DNA of 64,000 bases from an uncultured Acidimicrobiia bacterium (GCA_963721305.1 CAVRIR010000002.1:420067-484066); one strand, 5' to 3'. Numbered from the stretch's first letter, positions 19,403 to 29,199 are shown. Numbers and translations are program-made. Notes: generated by a model not told the origin, from the letters alone.

Positions 19403-20251
19403 TCAGTTCTTCGCGACTTCGGCCCACCCGTTCTTGATCACGACAGCGCCAGCGGACGTGGCCTCGAACGCGTAGGAGCGCCTGTCGTCCACGTCGCCCG
19501 CATCGTGGATGTCGACCTCGACGTCGTTGCCGGGCAACACGTTGGCGGCAAAGCGCACCGCGAGCCGCTTCAACCTGGACGGATCACCGTCGCACACCGT
19601 CTTGACGATCGCTTGGCTGCACATCGCCATGGTGCACAGGCCGTGCGCGATGATGCCCGGCAGACCGACGCTCTTCGCAAACGCGTCGTCGATGTGGATG
19701 GGCATCTCGTCCCCAGAGGCTTCGCGATAGCGGAACGTCTGGTCGTCGTCGACGTGGATCGTGAAGCTCGCGACCTTCTTCTCGCGGGCCGACTCGGGGA
19801 AGTCGTGCGCCGGCTTGTCGGGACCGCCCGACTCGCCGTCGCTCATGCCCCGCACGAACACCGTGACGTACTGCGTCAACACCGGACGGCCGTCGCCGTC
19901 GACGCTTTCGACCTTCACGACGAACCGAGAGCCGGAGCTCCCGACTCGGATGGCGTACGCCTCGCCCGTTGTCGTGAGCTCGGTGCCGGGGACGAGCGGC
20001 TGATGGAAGTGCATGTCCTGCTCGCCGTGCACGATCATCATCAGCGCCTCGGGCGGGATCACGTCGCCCGACGCGACCATCAACTGACTCCACGTGGGCA
20101 CGACACCGAACACAGGTGGTGCGAACTTGCCCGACTCGTACGCGGGGTTGTCGTCGTTGGTCGCGGCCGCGTACGCCTTCGCTCGATCGCCGTCGATCAC
20201 GGTCGTGTCGGGGTCGTAGCGAGTGCCGAGTTTGTCGGTCGGGAGAGCCAT
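19403..20251 (-). CDS. MaoC-family double hot-dog dehydratase
   Basis: HGEQDM; SGDEMPIH..IAHGLCTM. Confidence 0.9.
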   Translation of the reverse strand: MALPTDKLGTRYDPDTTVIDGDRAKAYAAATNDDNPAYESGKFAPPVFGVVPTWSQLMVASGDVIPPEALMMIVHGEQDMHFHQPLVPGTELTTTGEAYAIRVGSSGSRFVVKVESVDGDGRPVLTQYVTVFVRGMSDGESGGPDKPAHDFPESAREKKVASFTIHVDDDQTFRYREASGDEMPIHIDDAFAKSVGLPGIIAHGLCTMAMCSQAIVKTVCDGDPSRLKRLAVRFAANVLPGNDVEVDIHDAGDVDDRRSYAFEATSAGAVVIKNGWAEVAKN

Positions 20252-20274
20252 GGCCAGACGGTAGCTTCCGGGGA

Positions 20275-20913
20275 ATGCCCAGCCGGCTGCTGCTCGTGCG
20301 TCATGGACAGTCCGAGTGGAACGCGCTGGGCCGTTGGCAGGGACAAGCGGATCCGCCTTTGACCGAGCTCGGACGTGCGCAGGCGCGTGCCGCCGCGAGA
20401 GCGATCGGTGCGGTCGATGTCGTGTTCTCGTCCGATCTCCAGCGTGCCCGGCAGACTGCCGACGTCATCGCCGAGCAGATCGGCGTCGGTCCGGTGATCG
20501 AAGACATGGGCCTGCGCGAGCGCGATGCCGGCGAATGGTCGGGCATGACGCGCGACGAGATCAAGGAGCGTTACCCCGGTTACCTCCCCGACGATCGTCA
20601 CAACGCGTTCGCACCTGCCGCGGACACCGCGCCGCGTCGACCGCCTGGCTGGGAGTCCGACTCGGTGCTGCTCGATCGCGTGCTCGAGGCGATCCAGCGC
20701 ATCCACCTGGTGGTCGGCGACGGCGACGGGCTCGTCGTCACGCATGGCGGCGTCATCTATGCGCTGGAGGGACACCTCGGTGAGCCGTTTGCACGTCTTG
20801 CGAACGGCGCCGGCCGGCAGTTCGACGTCGACGACGATCACCTGAGACTCGGCCCGCGGGTGCTGTTGGTGAATGACGACGGCACGCCGGTTACGGTGCC
20901 CAGCGAGATGTAG
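20275..20913 (+). CDS. Histidine phosphatase family protein
   Basis: RHGQSEWN, SSDLQRA, VTHGG. Confidence 0.9.
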   Translation: MPSRLLLVRHGQSEWNALGRWQGQADPPLTELGRAQARAAARAIGAVDVVFSSDLQRARQTADVIAEQIGVGPVIEDMGLRERDAGEWSGMTRDEIKERYPGYLPDDRHNAFAPAADTAPRRPPGWESDSVLLDRVLEAIQRIHLVVGDGDGLVVTHGGVIYALEGHLGEPFARLANGAGRQFDVDDDHLRLGPRVLLVNDDGTPVTVPSEM

Positions 20914-20933
20914 TCGTGGGTGCAGGAAGCAGC

Positions 20934-21465
20934 ATGAGGTCGCCTTACACGGTGGAAGTGGTTCGGTCGGCGCGCCGGAAGAAGACGGTGTCGGCTCGAC
21001 TCGTCGGTGACGTCGTCCGAGTGCAGATGCCGGCGTGGATGTCCAAGGACGAAGAGGCTCGTTACGTCGCTCATCTCCTCGGCCGCATCGAGCGCCAGCA
21101 ACAGCGCGCTCCGGTCGATGTGATGGAGCGCGCCGCACGCCTCGCCACGCGCTTCGACCTCCCACGACCGCTGCGAGTTCGTTGGGTCTCCAACCAAGAG
21201 AGCCTGTGGGGGTCGTGCACCGTCGCAACTCGCGACATCCGCGTGTCCGACCGGCTGGCCGGCTTGCCGGGATGGGTCCTCGACTACGTCCTCGTGCACG
21301 AGCTCGCGCATCTCGCCGTGCCCAGCCACTCGAAGCGGTTCTGGTCGCTGGTCAACCGCTATCCCAAGGCCGAGCGGGCGCGCGGCTTCCTCATCGCGAA
21401 AGGCATGGAGACCGACGAGCCTGACGGCGAAGAGACCGCCGAGCCGCGGCGACGAGCGGGGCTAA
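20934..21465 (+). CDS. M48/YgjP (DUF45) family metallohydrolase; probable extra base near 21443 hides the TAA at 21463-21465
   Basis: VVRSARRKKTVS, WGSCT, YVLVHELAH; as sequenced it reads on to 21686, into the convergent gene. Confidence 0.85.
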
Positions 21466-21827
21466 ACGCTTTCGGCTTGCTCTTGATGGACGATGCAGAA
21501 GCGCGCCGCCGGCATCGCCTCGAGTCGGTCGTCGCCGATGGGCTCGCCACACGCTTCGCACGTGCCGTATTGACCGTCGTCGATGCGTCGCAGGGCGCGC
21601 TCGACATCGGCGAGCTCGGCCTCGACCTGTTCGAGGATCGAGAAGTCCTTCTCGCGCTCGAACGTCTCGGTCGCGACATCGGCTGAGTGCTGTGCGAGGT
21701 GCGAGAGCTCAGACATGCTCTCGTCTTCCGACTCGTCGTGCAGGTGCTCGGCATCGAACCCCGAGCGCACTCGCTCGAGACGGTCCCGCTCCTCGGTCAA
21801 CCGGTCTCGCACCTCGTCCTGGTCCAT
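21462..21827 (-). CDS. TraR/DksA family zinc-finger protein
   Basis: HSADVATETFERE; YGTCEACGEPIGDDRLEAMPAARFCIVH. Confidence 0.9.
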   Translation of the reverse strand: MDQDEVRDRLTEERDRLERVRSGFDAEHLHDESEDESMSELSHLAQHSADVATETFEREKDFSILEQVEAELADVERALRRIDDGQYGTCEACGEPIGDDRLEAMPAARFCIVHQEQAESV

Positions 21828-21883
21828 CGGCCCGAGCGTAGAACGGAGCGGCGCGCGGATGCTCGTGAGAGGATCGCTCGTTA

Positions 21884-22687
21884 GTGGGCAATCTCGACGG
21901 ACATCGAGTCCTCGTCACCGGCGGCGGCGGGGGCATCGGCGCGGCGGTCTGCCGTCACTTCGCGGCGGCGGGCGCGGCGGTCGCGGTGGTCGATCGGCGC
22001 GCCGACGCGGCCGCCGCGCTCGCGGACGAGATCGGAGGATCGGCGATCGCGTGCGACGTCGCTGACTCCGCGCAGGTCGACCGCGCGGTCCACGACGCCG
22101 CGGAAGCGTTGGGCGGCCTCACCGATCTCGTCAACAACGCCGGCATGGGTCGCAACAAGCCGCTGCACGAGTACAGCGACAAGGACTGGGACGTGATCGT
22201 CGGCGTCAACCTGACCGGCGCGTTCAACTGCATGCGGGCGGCCATCCCGTTGTTGCTCGCGTCGGGCGCAGGCTCCATCGTCAACAACGCGTCACTCAAC
22301 GCGCTGCGGCCGCTGCCCGGCGAGGCGCCCTACTCCGCCGCGAAGGCAGGGTTGGTCAACCTCACGATGACCGCGGCGCTCGAATACGCGCCGACCATCC
22401 GGGTGAACTGCGTGTCGCCGGGGCTCATCGAGACTCCGTTGACGACGATGGTGACGTCGAACCCCGATTGGCGCGCCGCGGCGGAGCAGGGCACGCCCCT
22501 CGGCCGGGTCGGTTCGGCCGACGACGTGGCCGCGGTGATCGCGTTCTTGTGCTCGGACGACGCCGCGTACGTCACCGGACAGAACATCGTGGTCGACGGC
22601 GGTGCCGGTCTTCCGAACCTGCAGGCGGACTCGCTGGTTCGCACGATCATGGCCAGCATGGCCCAAGGGACCGCGTCCAACCCCTGA
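21884..22687 (+). CDS. SDR family oxidoreductase
   Basis: TGGGGGIG, NNAG, YSAAK. Confidence 0.92.
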   Translation: MGNLDGHRVLVTGGGGGIGAAVCRHFAAAGAAVAVVDRRADAAAALADEIGGSAIACDVADSAQVDRAVHDAAEALGGLTDLVNNAGMGRNKPLHEYSDKDWDVIVGVNLTGAFNCMRAAIPLLLASGAGSIVNNASLNALRPLPGEAPYSAAKAGLVNLTMTAALEYAPTIRVNCVSPGLIETPLTTMVTSNPDWRAAAEQGTPLGRVGSADDVAAVIAFLCSDDAAYVTGQNIVVDGGAGLPNLQADSLVRTIMASMAQGTASNP

Positions 22688-22700
22688 GTACGCTCCCCTC

Positions 22701-22773
22701 GGGCCGCTAGCTCATCGGGTAGAGCAGGAGACTTTTAATCTCAAGGTGCCGGGTTCGAGCCCCGGGCGGCCCA
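22701..22773 (+). tRNA. tRNA-Lys(UUU)
   Basis: GGGCCGC/GCGGCCC acceptor stem, anticodon loop CT-TTT-AA, GGTTCGA; CCA not encoded. Confidence 0.95.
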
Positions 22774-22828
22774 CGCTTTCCGGCCACGCTTCCGGCTCGT
22801 CGGGTGCGTCGGACGAGTGCGACGGCGG

Positions 22829-23266
22829 TCAGCAGAAGCGGAGGTCGTCGGTCTCGTCCGTCTCTCCGGTCTCGACGAGACGTGCACAGGTCGGGCAGTA
22901 CCAACGCACCTCGACGGGCGTACCGCACGCGCCGTGATGGACGGGCACCGCGTCGGGATCACCAGCGGCTCCCCAGTGGGCGAGCAACCGCAGCGCGCTC
23001 GCCAGCTCGCCGCCGGTGGCGGTCAGGCGGTAGTCGAACCGAGGGGGACGGCGGCTGTACGGCGTCGCGACCACGAGCCCTGACACCTCGAGCTGTCGGA
23101 GGCGCTTCGACAGCACATTTGGCGCCAGACCGTCCATCGTCTCGAGCAGCTCGTTGAACCGTCGAGGTCCTTCCAGGAGCGCGTTGACCACGAGCAGCGT
23201 CCACCGGTCCCCGACTCGGGCGACGGCCTCTTCGAGGGCGGTGACCTCGGACTGCTCGGTGCTCAC
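22829..23266 (-). CDS. HxlR-family winged-helix regulator
   Basis: VGDRWTLLVV..GPRRFNEL..LSKRLRQLE; C-terminal HxxC/CxxC. Confidence 0.9.
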   Translation of the reverse strand: MSTEQSEVTALEEAVARVGDRWTLLVVNALLEGPRRFNELLETMDGLAPNVLSKRLRQLEVSGLVVATPYSRRPPRFDYRLTATGGELASALRLLAHWGAAGDPDAVPVHHGACGTPVEVRWYCPTCARLVETGETDETDDLRFC

Positions 23267-23351
23267 GGATTCATCCTGCCCGGAAGTTCTGGTTGTTACC
23301 ATCACCGTGATGCTACTAACTTGCAACTAGCAACTCACTAGGAGTGGAAGC

Positions 23352-24233
23352 ATGAGCGTGTTGGAAGATCTCTCCCAGGCAGCGACGGCGGTGTTGGAGC
23401 AGGTGGCGCCCTCGGTGGTGCGAATCGGACGCAACGGCGGCCGGGGCTGCGGCGTGGTGATCGCCGACGGCCTCGTCGCCACCAACGCCCACAACCTGCG
23501 GGGCGACGAAGCAACCGTCACCTTCGCGGGCGGACGCCAGGAGGTCGCCGCGGTGGCCGGCATCGACGTCGACGGCGATGTCGCCGTGCTGCGCGTCGAC
23601 ACGACCGGGGCTCCGGCGGTCACGTGGTCGTCCGCGACGGCGGCGACCGGTGCGGTGGTGTTCGCGGTGTCGCGGACCGTCGCCGGAGGCGAGCGGGTGT
23701 CCTTCGGCATGGTGAGTGGCACCGAACGCGCCTTCCGCGGTCCTCGCGGCCGGCGCATCAAGGGGAGCCTCGAACACACGGCGCCGATGCCGAGAGGCTC
23801 GTCCGGCGGTCCCGTGGTGGCCGCCGACGGCACCGTGGTCGGGCTCAACACCAACCGACTGGGCGAGGGGTACTACCTCGCAATGCCGGCGGATCAGGAG
23901 CTGCAGGAGCGTCTCGGGTCGCTCGCGGCCGGCCAGGAGCGATCCCGCCGCCGTCTCGGTGTCGGCCTCGCGCCGGCGCGCGTCGCGAAGGCCCTGCGCC
24001 GGTCGGTCGGCCTCGAAGAGCGCGACGGCCTGCTCGTACGGGTGGTCGAAGAAGGCTCGCCGGCATCGGCCGCTGGGGTGCGTGAAGGCGATCTCATCGT
24101 CAGCGTGAACGGCACGGCGACGACCAACGCCGACGATCTCTTCGATGCACTCGACGGCGCGCCGGACGAAGTGCGACTCAGCATCGTGCGCGGCACCGAC
24201 GATCTCGAGCTGACCGTCACGTTCTCGGACTGA
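23352..24233 (+). CDS. S1C (HtrA-like) serine protease with PDZ domain, no signal peptide
   Basis: TNAH, DVAVL, GSSGGP; PDZ GSPASAAGVREGD. Confidence 0.88.
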   Translation: MSVLEDLSQAATAVLEQVAPSVVRIGRNGGRGCGVVIADGLVATNAHNLRGDEATVTFAGGRQEVAAVAGIDVDGDVAVLRVDTTGAPAVTWSSATAATGAVVFAVSRTVAGGERVSFGMVSGTERAFRGPRGRRIKGSLEHTAPMPRGSSGGPVVAADGTVVGLNTNRLGEGYYLAMPADQELQERLGSLAAGQERSRRRLGVGLAPARVAKALRRSVGLEERDGLLVRVVEEGSPASAAGVREGDLIVSVNGTATTNADDLFDALDGAPDEVRLSIVRGTDDLELTVTFSD

Positions 24234-24352
24234 CCACGCGGGCGGCGCGAACGCGCGGCGACGTCTGTGCGCCGAACGACGTGAGAACGCCGTCGGTTCA
24301 CGTACACACTTTTCGAAAACGCGATCGGAACTGACCGCCGTCCCAGGAATCT

Positions 24353-25192
24353 CTACCCGGGATCGGCGCAATCGTCCACCACCGCATCGCCGTACATCGC
24401 TCTCGCCCAGTGTTCGATGTCCGGACCGCGCCGCAGCGTGTGGCCGCCGTCGATGCCGAGAGACTGCCCGGTGACCCAGGACGACTCCGGGCCGAGGAGG
24501 TAGCGGACACCGGCCGCGATGTCGTCGACGGTCCCCAGGCGACGAATCGGCATCTGCTCGAGGTAGTCGGCCTTCACCTGCTCGTCGGCCACGAGCGGGT
24601 CGGCCAACTCGGTGGGGACGAGGCCCGGCCGCACGGCGTTCACGCGGATCTTGGCCCGTCCGAGCTCGTCCGCCGCGTTGCGCACCAACGTCTCGATGCC
24701 GGCCTTCGACACCGAGTACGGCGCCATGTACGGATGGGTCAAGGGCGCGGCGATCGACGAGATGGCCACGATCGAACCGCCACCGGACCGTGCGAGCGCG
24801 GGTGCGGTGTGCTTGATCGTGAAGAACGTCCCGGTGAGGTTGATGTCCAGGACGCGGCGCCACTCGGACGTCGCCGTCGCGACGATCGGACCGATCGTGC
24901 CGGTGCCGGCACTGGCCACGACCATCTGGAGGGTGCCGGTGAGCTCGAGAGCCGCAGCGACGGCGGCGGCGACGTCGTCCTCCGACGACGCGTCGCCCGA
25001 GACGAACCGCACCTCCGCACCGGCCGGCGCGTCAGCAGCGAGGCTCTCGGCGGCGGCGCGCAGGCGGTCTTCCGACCGGCCCATCAACGTCACCGAGCTG
25101 CCATCGCGGACGAGGAACCGGGCGCACCCGAGTCCGATGCCGCTCCCGCCTCCCGTGATCAGCGCTGCCTGTCCCGCAAGAGAGTCACCCAT
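24353..25192 (-). CDS. SDR family oxidoreductase
   Basis: TGGGSGIG, YSVSK. Confidence 0.92.
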   Translation of the reverse strand: MGDSLAGQAALITGGGSGIGLGCARFLVRDGSSVTLMGRSEDRLRAAAESLAADAPAGAEVRFVSGDASSEDDVAAAVAAALELTGTLQMVVASAGTGTIGPIVATATSEWRRVLDINLTGTFFTIKHTAPALARSGGGSIVAISSIAAPLTHPYMAPYSVSKAGIETLVRNAADELGRAKIRVNAVRPGLVPTELADPLVADEQVKADYLEQMPIRRLGTVDDIAAGVRYLLGPESSWVTGQSLGIDGGHTLRRGPDIEHWARAMYGDAVVDDCADPG

Positions 25193-25208
25193 GCGAGTGT
25201 TGTAGTCG

Positions 25209-26174
25209 GTGAAGCTCGAGCAGTTGCGACCGATGAAGGCGGTCACCGCGACGCTGCCGGTCGACGAACACGGTTGGGCGTTCGAGATCAAGTGGGACGG
25301 GATGCGGATCCTCACGATCATCCGCCCCGGTGAACATGCGCTGCGCTCGAGCAACGGCATCGACGCGACGACCCGCTATCCCGAGCTGGCCGCACTCGCG
25401 GCGACGCTCGACGGCCACACCGTTGTGCTCGACGGTGAGGTCGTCGCGTTCGACGACCGCGGTCGGCCGAGCTTCGGGCTGTTGCAGCACCGCATGCACG
25501 TCGGCAGTACGGCGGAGGTCCGCCGTCGAGCCGAAGCCGTGCCGGTCACGTACATCGTGTTCGATCTCCTCCACCTCGACGGTCACGACGTGATGCCGCT
25601 GCCGTACTCCGAGCGGCGGCGTTTGCTCACCGAGCTCGTGCCGGACGACGGGTGCTGGACGGTGCCGGCGCACCATCCCGCCGGCGAAGGTGCGGCGCTT
25701 CTCGACGCGGCAAAGGATCAAGGCCTCGAAGGCGTGATGGCGAAGCGGATCGACAGCCCGTACGTGCCCGGCAAGCGCTCGCCCGCCTGGCGCAAGGCGA
25801 AGGCACGCCTTCGCCAGGAGTTCGTCATCGGCGGCTGGCAGCCCGGCGAAGGCAACCGCGAGGGCTATCTCGGTTCGCTGCTCGTCGGCGTCTATGACGG
25901 GGGAAAGCTGCGTTACACCGGCAAGGTCGGCACGGGGTTCAAGGCGCGCGATCTCGAACAACTGGGGGCACTGCTGAGCGAGCGGACGATCGATTCGTCG
26001 CCGTTCGATCCGCCACCGCCGCGTCCGGTCGAGCGCACCGCCCGGTACGTGCGGCCGGAGCTGATCGCCGAGGTGGAGTTCGGCGAGTGGACGCATGACG
26101 ACATCCTCCGCCATCCGAGCTATGTCGGCCTGCGTGATGACAAGGCACCGACCGACGTCGTGCGCGAGGGTTGA
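25209..26174 (+). CDS. ATP-dependent DNA ligase (LigD ligase domain only)
   Basis: FEIKWDG, LDGEV, EGVMAK, GKVGTGF, LRHPSY. Confidence 0.92.
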   Translation: MKLEQLRPMKAVTATLPVDEHGWAFEIKWDGMRILTIIRPGEHALRSSNGIDATTRYPELAALAATLDGHTVVLDGEVVAFDDRGRPSFGLLQHRMHVGSTAEVRRRAEAVPVTYIVFDLLHLDGHDVMPLPYSERRRLLTELVPDDGCWTVPAHHPAGEGAALLDAAKDQGLEGVMAKRIDSPYVPGKRSPAWRKAKARLRQEFVIGGWQPGEGNREGYLGSLLVGVYDGGKLRYTGKVGTGFKARDLEQLGALLSERTIDSSPFDPPPPRPVERTARYVRPELIAEVEFGEWTHDDILRHPSYVGLRDDKAPTDVVREG

Positions 26175-26176
26175 GC

Positions 26177-26434
26177 GTGGGCGGAGACGAGATCCGACTG
26201 GTGCTGCCGGCGCAGTCGCGCTACCTCGACGTTGCCGTCGCGACGATGGAGATCCTCGCAACCCGCAGCGGACTCGACGCCGAAGGCATCGCTGCGATCC
26301 GTGCCCAGGTCTACGAGGCTCTCGGTGAGCGCATGAGCCACCGTTCGAGCGAGACCGTCGTGTTGCGTTACGAGGTCGGCGACGGCTTCCTCGGGGTGCG
26401 CTTGGACGGCGACACCTCGTACGCGCACACGTGA
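26177..26434 (+). CDS. Small protein resembling a truncated RsbW/HATPase anti-sigma factor
   Basis: DEIRLVLPAQSRYLDVA..A..SGLD..I..VYEAL; overlaps the convergent gene by 67 nt. Confidence 0.5.
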   Translation: MGGDEIRLVLPAQSRYLDVAVATMEILATRSGLDAEGIAAIRAQVYEALGERMSHRSSETVVLRYEVGDGFLGVRLDGDTSYAHT

Positions 26435-27042
26435 CCGCCCGCGAGCAGATGCGCGACCCGCTCGACCTTGGCGCCGGGCAGCACCTCTCGGATGAACTCG
26501 AGCTCGGTGCCACACGCGCCGCCGTACTTCGACGCCACCGCGAGGATCGCGCAGTTGTGCTCGACGATGCGGAACCGCCCGTTCGGTAGATCGATCGCCT
26601 CTGCGAGGTAGCCGTCCTCGTCGAGGATGCGCGTCAGCTCGCGCACGCGATCGGGGAGCGCCATGCCCTCGAGTCGCACCTGCGCGCGCTGCACCCTCCG
26701 GACCCGTCGGCGTTCGAACATCCGATCCACGAGCTCGGGGTCTTCGGCCTCGGCTTCGGCGAGGAGATCGGTGACCATGGCGGCATACGCGCGCGGGAAG
26801 AGCTGATCGCCTTCCGGGCTCAACCGGTAGAGGTGGTGCGGGCGGCCGGGCCCGGCACGCACCTCCCTGTGGTCGACCCAACCGTCGGATTGAAGCGCCG
26901 ACAAGTGCTGGCGCACGGCGCTGACCGTGACGCCGAGGGCGTCGGCCAGCTCGTCGACCCGCACCTCGCCGCGACGCTTCATCGTGTCGAGCAAGGTCCG
27001 CCTGGTCGGCGGCAGTGAATCCAGCAGCGCGACGTCGGTCAT
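26368..27042 (-). CDS. SufR-like HTH regulator with putative Fe-S/metal ligands
   Basis: ELADALGVTVSAVRQHL, GPGRP, FPRAY, EHNC..C..E..C. Confidence 0.85.
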   Translation of the reverse strand: MTDVALLDSLPPTRRTLLDTMKRRGEVRVDELADALGVTVSAVRQHLSALQSDGWVDHREVRAGPGRPHHLYRLSPEGDQLFPRAYAAMVTDLLAEAEAEDPELVDRMFERRRVRRVQRAQVRLEGMALPDRVRELTRILDEDGYLAEAIDLPNGRFRIVEHNCAILAVASKYGGACGTELEFIREVLPGAKVERVAHLLAGGHVCAYEVSPSKRTPRKPSPTS

Positions 27043-27087
27043 TTGCGACAGCCTACGAGTTCGCACAGCTTCTGCTGTGCAAAACGT

Positions 27088-27525
27088 TCAGCCGCCGGAG
27101 CTCCCGAAACCCCGGAGCCCGCGCTCGCTCGACCCGAGGTCCTCGACCGGGACGAACTGCGTCACCTCGACCGGCTGGATGACCAGCTGCGCGATCCGAT
27201 CGCCGCGCTCGACGGTGTACGGCTCGTTCGGATCGGTGTTGACGAGGATCACCCGCACCTCGTCCCGATAACCGGCATCGATGAGCCCGGGCGTATTGAG
27301 GCAGGTGATGCCGTGTCGCAGCGCGAGCCCGCTGCGCGGCAGCACGAAGCCGGCGTAGCCGTCGGGGATGGCGATCGCGATGCCCGTGGGGATGACGCAG
27401 CGCCCACCGCCGGGCTCGATCATGGCCGTCTCCCGCGCGTGGAGATCGGCGCCCGCGTCGCTCGCATGCGCATACGACGGCAACGGCAGGTCCGGGTCGA
27501 GGCGAATGACCGGCACCTGGACCAC
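27088..27525 (-). CDS. dut: dUTPase
   Basis: DAGADL, PRSGLA, GLIDAGYR, RGLRGFGSSG. Confidence 0.97.
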   Translation of the reverse strand: MVQVPVIRLDPDLPLPSYAHASDAGADLHARETAMIEPGGGRCVIPTGIAIAIPDGYAGFVLPRSGLALRHGITCLNTPGLIDAGYRDEVRVILVNTDPNEPYTVERGDRIAQLVIQPVEVTQFVPVEDLGSSERGLRGFGSSGG

Positions 27526-27547
27526 GCGGTGAATCTATGGTGCCGGC

Positions 27548-28087
27548 GTGCTCGTGTGGATGGACCTCGAGATGACCGGGCTCGAGCCGAGCCGTCACGT
27601 CATCGTCGAGATCGCGACCGTGGTCACCGACGACGAGCTGAACGTGGTCGGTGACGGACTCGATCTCGTCGTCCACCAACCCCCCACGGCATTGAACGAG
27701 ATGGACGACTACGTGCGCACGATGCACACGTCATCCGGATTGCTGTCGGCGATCGAGAAGTCGCAGGTGTCCTTGGCCGAAGCGGGCGAGCGCACGCTCG
27801 AGCTGATCAAGTCGCACGTGAAAGAGCAACGGAGCGTTCCGCTGTGCGGCAACTCGATCGGTACAGACCGGCGGTTCCTCGCCGCGCAGCTTCCGGCGAT
27901 CGAGCACTACCTGCACTACCGGTCCGTCGACGTGTCGACGATCAAGGAGCTCGTACGGCGGTGGTATCCGGGCGTCCTCGCCGCCGCCCCCGACAAGACC
28001 GGCTCGCACCGCGCCCTCGACGACATCCTCGAGAGCATCGCTGAGCTCCGGTACTACCGCGAGAAGGTCTTCGTCGCCGGCGGTTGA
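27548..28087 (+). CDS. orn: Oligoribonuclease
   Basis: WMDLEMTGL, LCGNSIGTDRRFL, HRALDDILESI. Confidence 0.97.
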   Translation: MLVWMDLEMTGLEPSRHVIVEIATVVTDDELNVVGDGLDLVVHQPPTALNEMDDYVRTMHTSSGLLSAIEKSQVSLAEAGERTLELIKSHVKEQRSVPLCGNSIGTDRRFLAAQLPAIEHYLHYRSVDVSTIKELVRRWYPGVLAAAPDKTGSHRALDDILESIAELRYYREKVFVAGG

Positions 28088-28113
28088 CCACGCCAGTCCT
28101 GGGCGAATGGCCG

Positions 28114-28133
28114 ACTTGACCGATTGGTCAAGT
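28114..28133. promoter_or_regulatory. Palindromic operator candidate (TetR-type)
   Basis: ACTTGACC-GATT-GGTCAAGT perfect 8-bp inverted repeat 13 bp before the MBL gene ATG. Confidence 0.65.
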
Positions 28134-28146
28134 AGTTTTGAAACCC

Positions 28147-29199
28147 ATGCGCCAGGAAGCAGAACAGGCCACGACCGATGTCACCGAGGTCGCGCCCGGC
28201 ATCCTGCGCATGCAGTTGCCGCTGTCGATGCCGGGACTCGGCCACGTCAACTGCTACGCCCTCGAGGACGAGCGCGGCTTCGCCGTCGTCGACCCCGGCA
28301 TGCCGGGGCCGCAGCCGTGGAAGGCGTTGCTCGACCGGTTCGAGCGCGCCGGCTTCGGCCTGCGCAACGTGCACACGGTCGTCGTGACGCATTCACACGT
28401 CGATCACTTCGGCGCGTCGGGACGGCTGCGCCACAAGGTGGGCGCACAGGTCGTGACGTCGCGGAACTTCCGCACCTGGTGGGACCCGACCGACGCGGGC
28501 GAGCGCGAGCTCGAGGCCGCCGACGGCGACACCGACATCGAGGTGCCACCCGATCCGCGACGGCCGTGGGACCAGCCCACACCGTGGGGGGGCAAGCATC
28601 CCCGGCCGCCGCGCCGCGTGCGCATCCGTTACCGCGTCCTGAGGCCGATGATGAAGCAGTGGTTCGCCACACCGAGTCCCGGTGTTCGGCTGGACGACGC
28701 CGAGGTCATCAAGCTCGGCAAGCGTGAGTGGGTCGCCGTGCACACGCCGGGACACACGCCCGACCACCTGTGCCTGTTCGATCCCGCGGGTGGCGTGCTG
28801 CTCTCGGGCGACCACGTGCTCCCGACCATCACGCCGCACATCTCCGGCGTCGACGCCGGGCCCGATCCGCTCACGGCGTTCTTCGCATCGCTCGAGAAGG
28901 TGGGCGAGCTCGACGACGTGACCACCGTGCTGCCGGCCCACGGTCACCCGTTCGACGATCTGCGGGGACGGGTGAAGGACATCGAGCGCCATCACGAGGA
29001 ACGGCTCGCCCGCCTGCGCGAAGCGACCGAAGAGCTACGACAGGCGAGCGTCGAGGAGCTGTCGCACCACCTCTTCCGCCAGCGTTCGTGGGGGCCGATG
29101 GCGGAGAGCGAGACGTACGCCCACCTCGAGCACCTGCGCCTGTCCGGCAAGGCGACTCGGGTCGAGCGGGACGGCCTGCTCTTCTACTCCCCCGCCTGA
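28147..29199 (+). CDS. Metallo-beta-lactamase-fold hydrolase
   Basis: THSHVDHFG, TPGHT, SGDH, PAHG. Confidence 0.92.
   Translation: MRQEAEQATTDVTEVAPGILRMQLPLSMPGLGHVNCYALEDERGFAVVDPGMPGPQPWKALLDRFERAGFGLRNVHTVVVTHSHVDHFGASGRLRHKVGAQVVTSRNFRTWWDPTDAGERELEAADGDTDIEVPPDPRRPWDQPTPWGGKHPRPPRRVRIRYRVLRPMMKQWFATPSPGVRLDDAEVIKLGKREWVAVHTPGHTPDHLCLFDPAGGVLLSGDHVLPTITPHISGVDAGPDPLTAFFASLEKVGELDDVTTVLPAHGHPFDDLRGRVKDIERHHEERLARLREATEELRQASVEELSHHLFRQRSWGPMAESETYAHLEHLRLSGKATRVERDGLLFYSPA

Noticed and set aside
21466-21686. Long antisense overlap between the M48 hydrolase and the dksA-like gene
   Set aside because: Removing one C near 21443 gives a TAA overlapping the convergent TAG; likely an error.
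22771-22795. att site duplication after tRNA-Lys (CCACGCTTTCCGG/CCACGCTTCCGG)
   Set aside because: Short adjacent duplication with no integrase and no distant tRNA 3' repeat.
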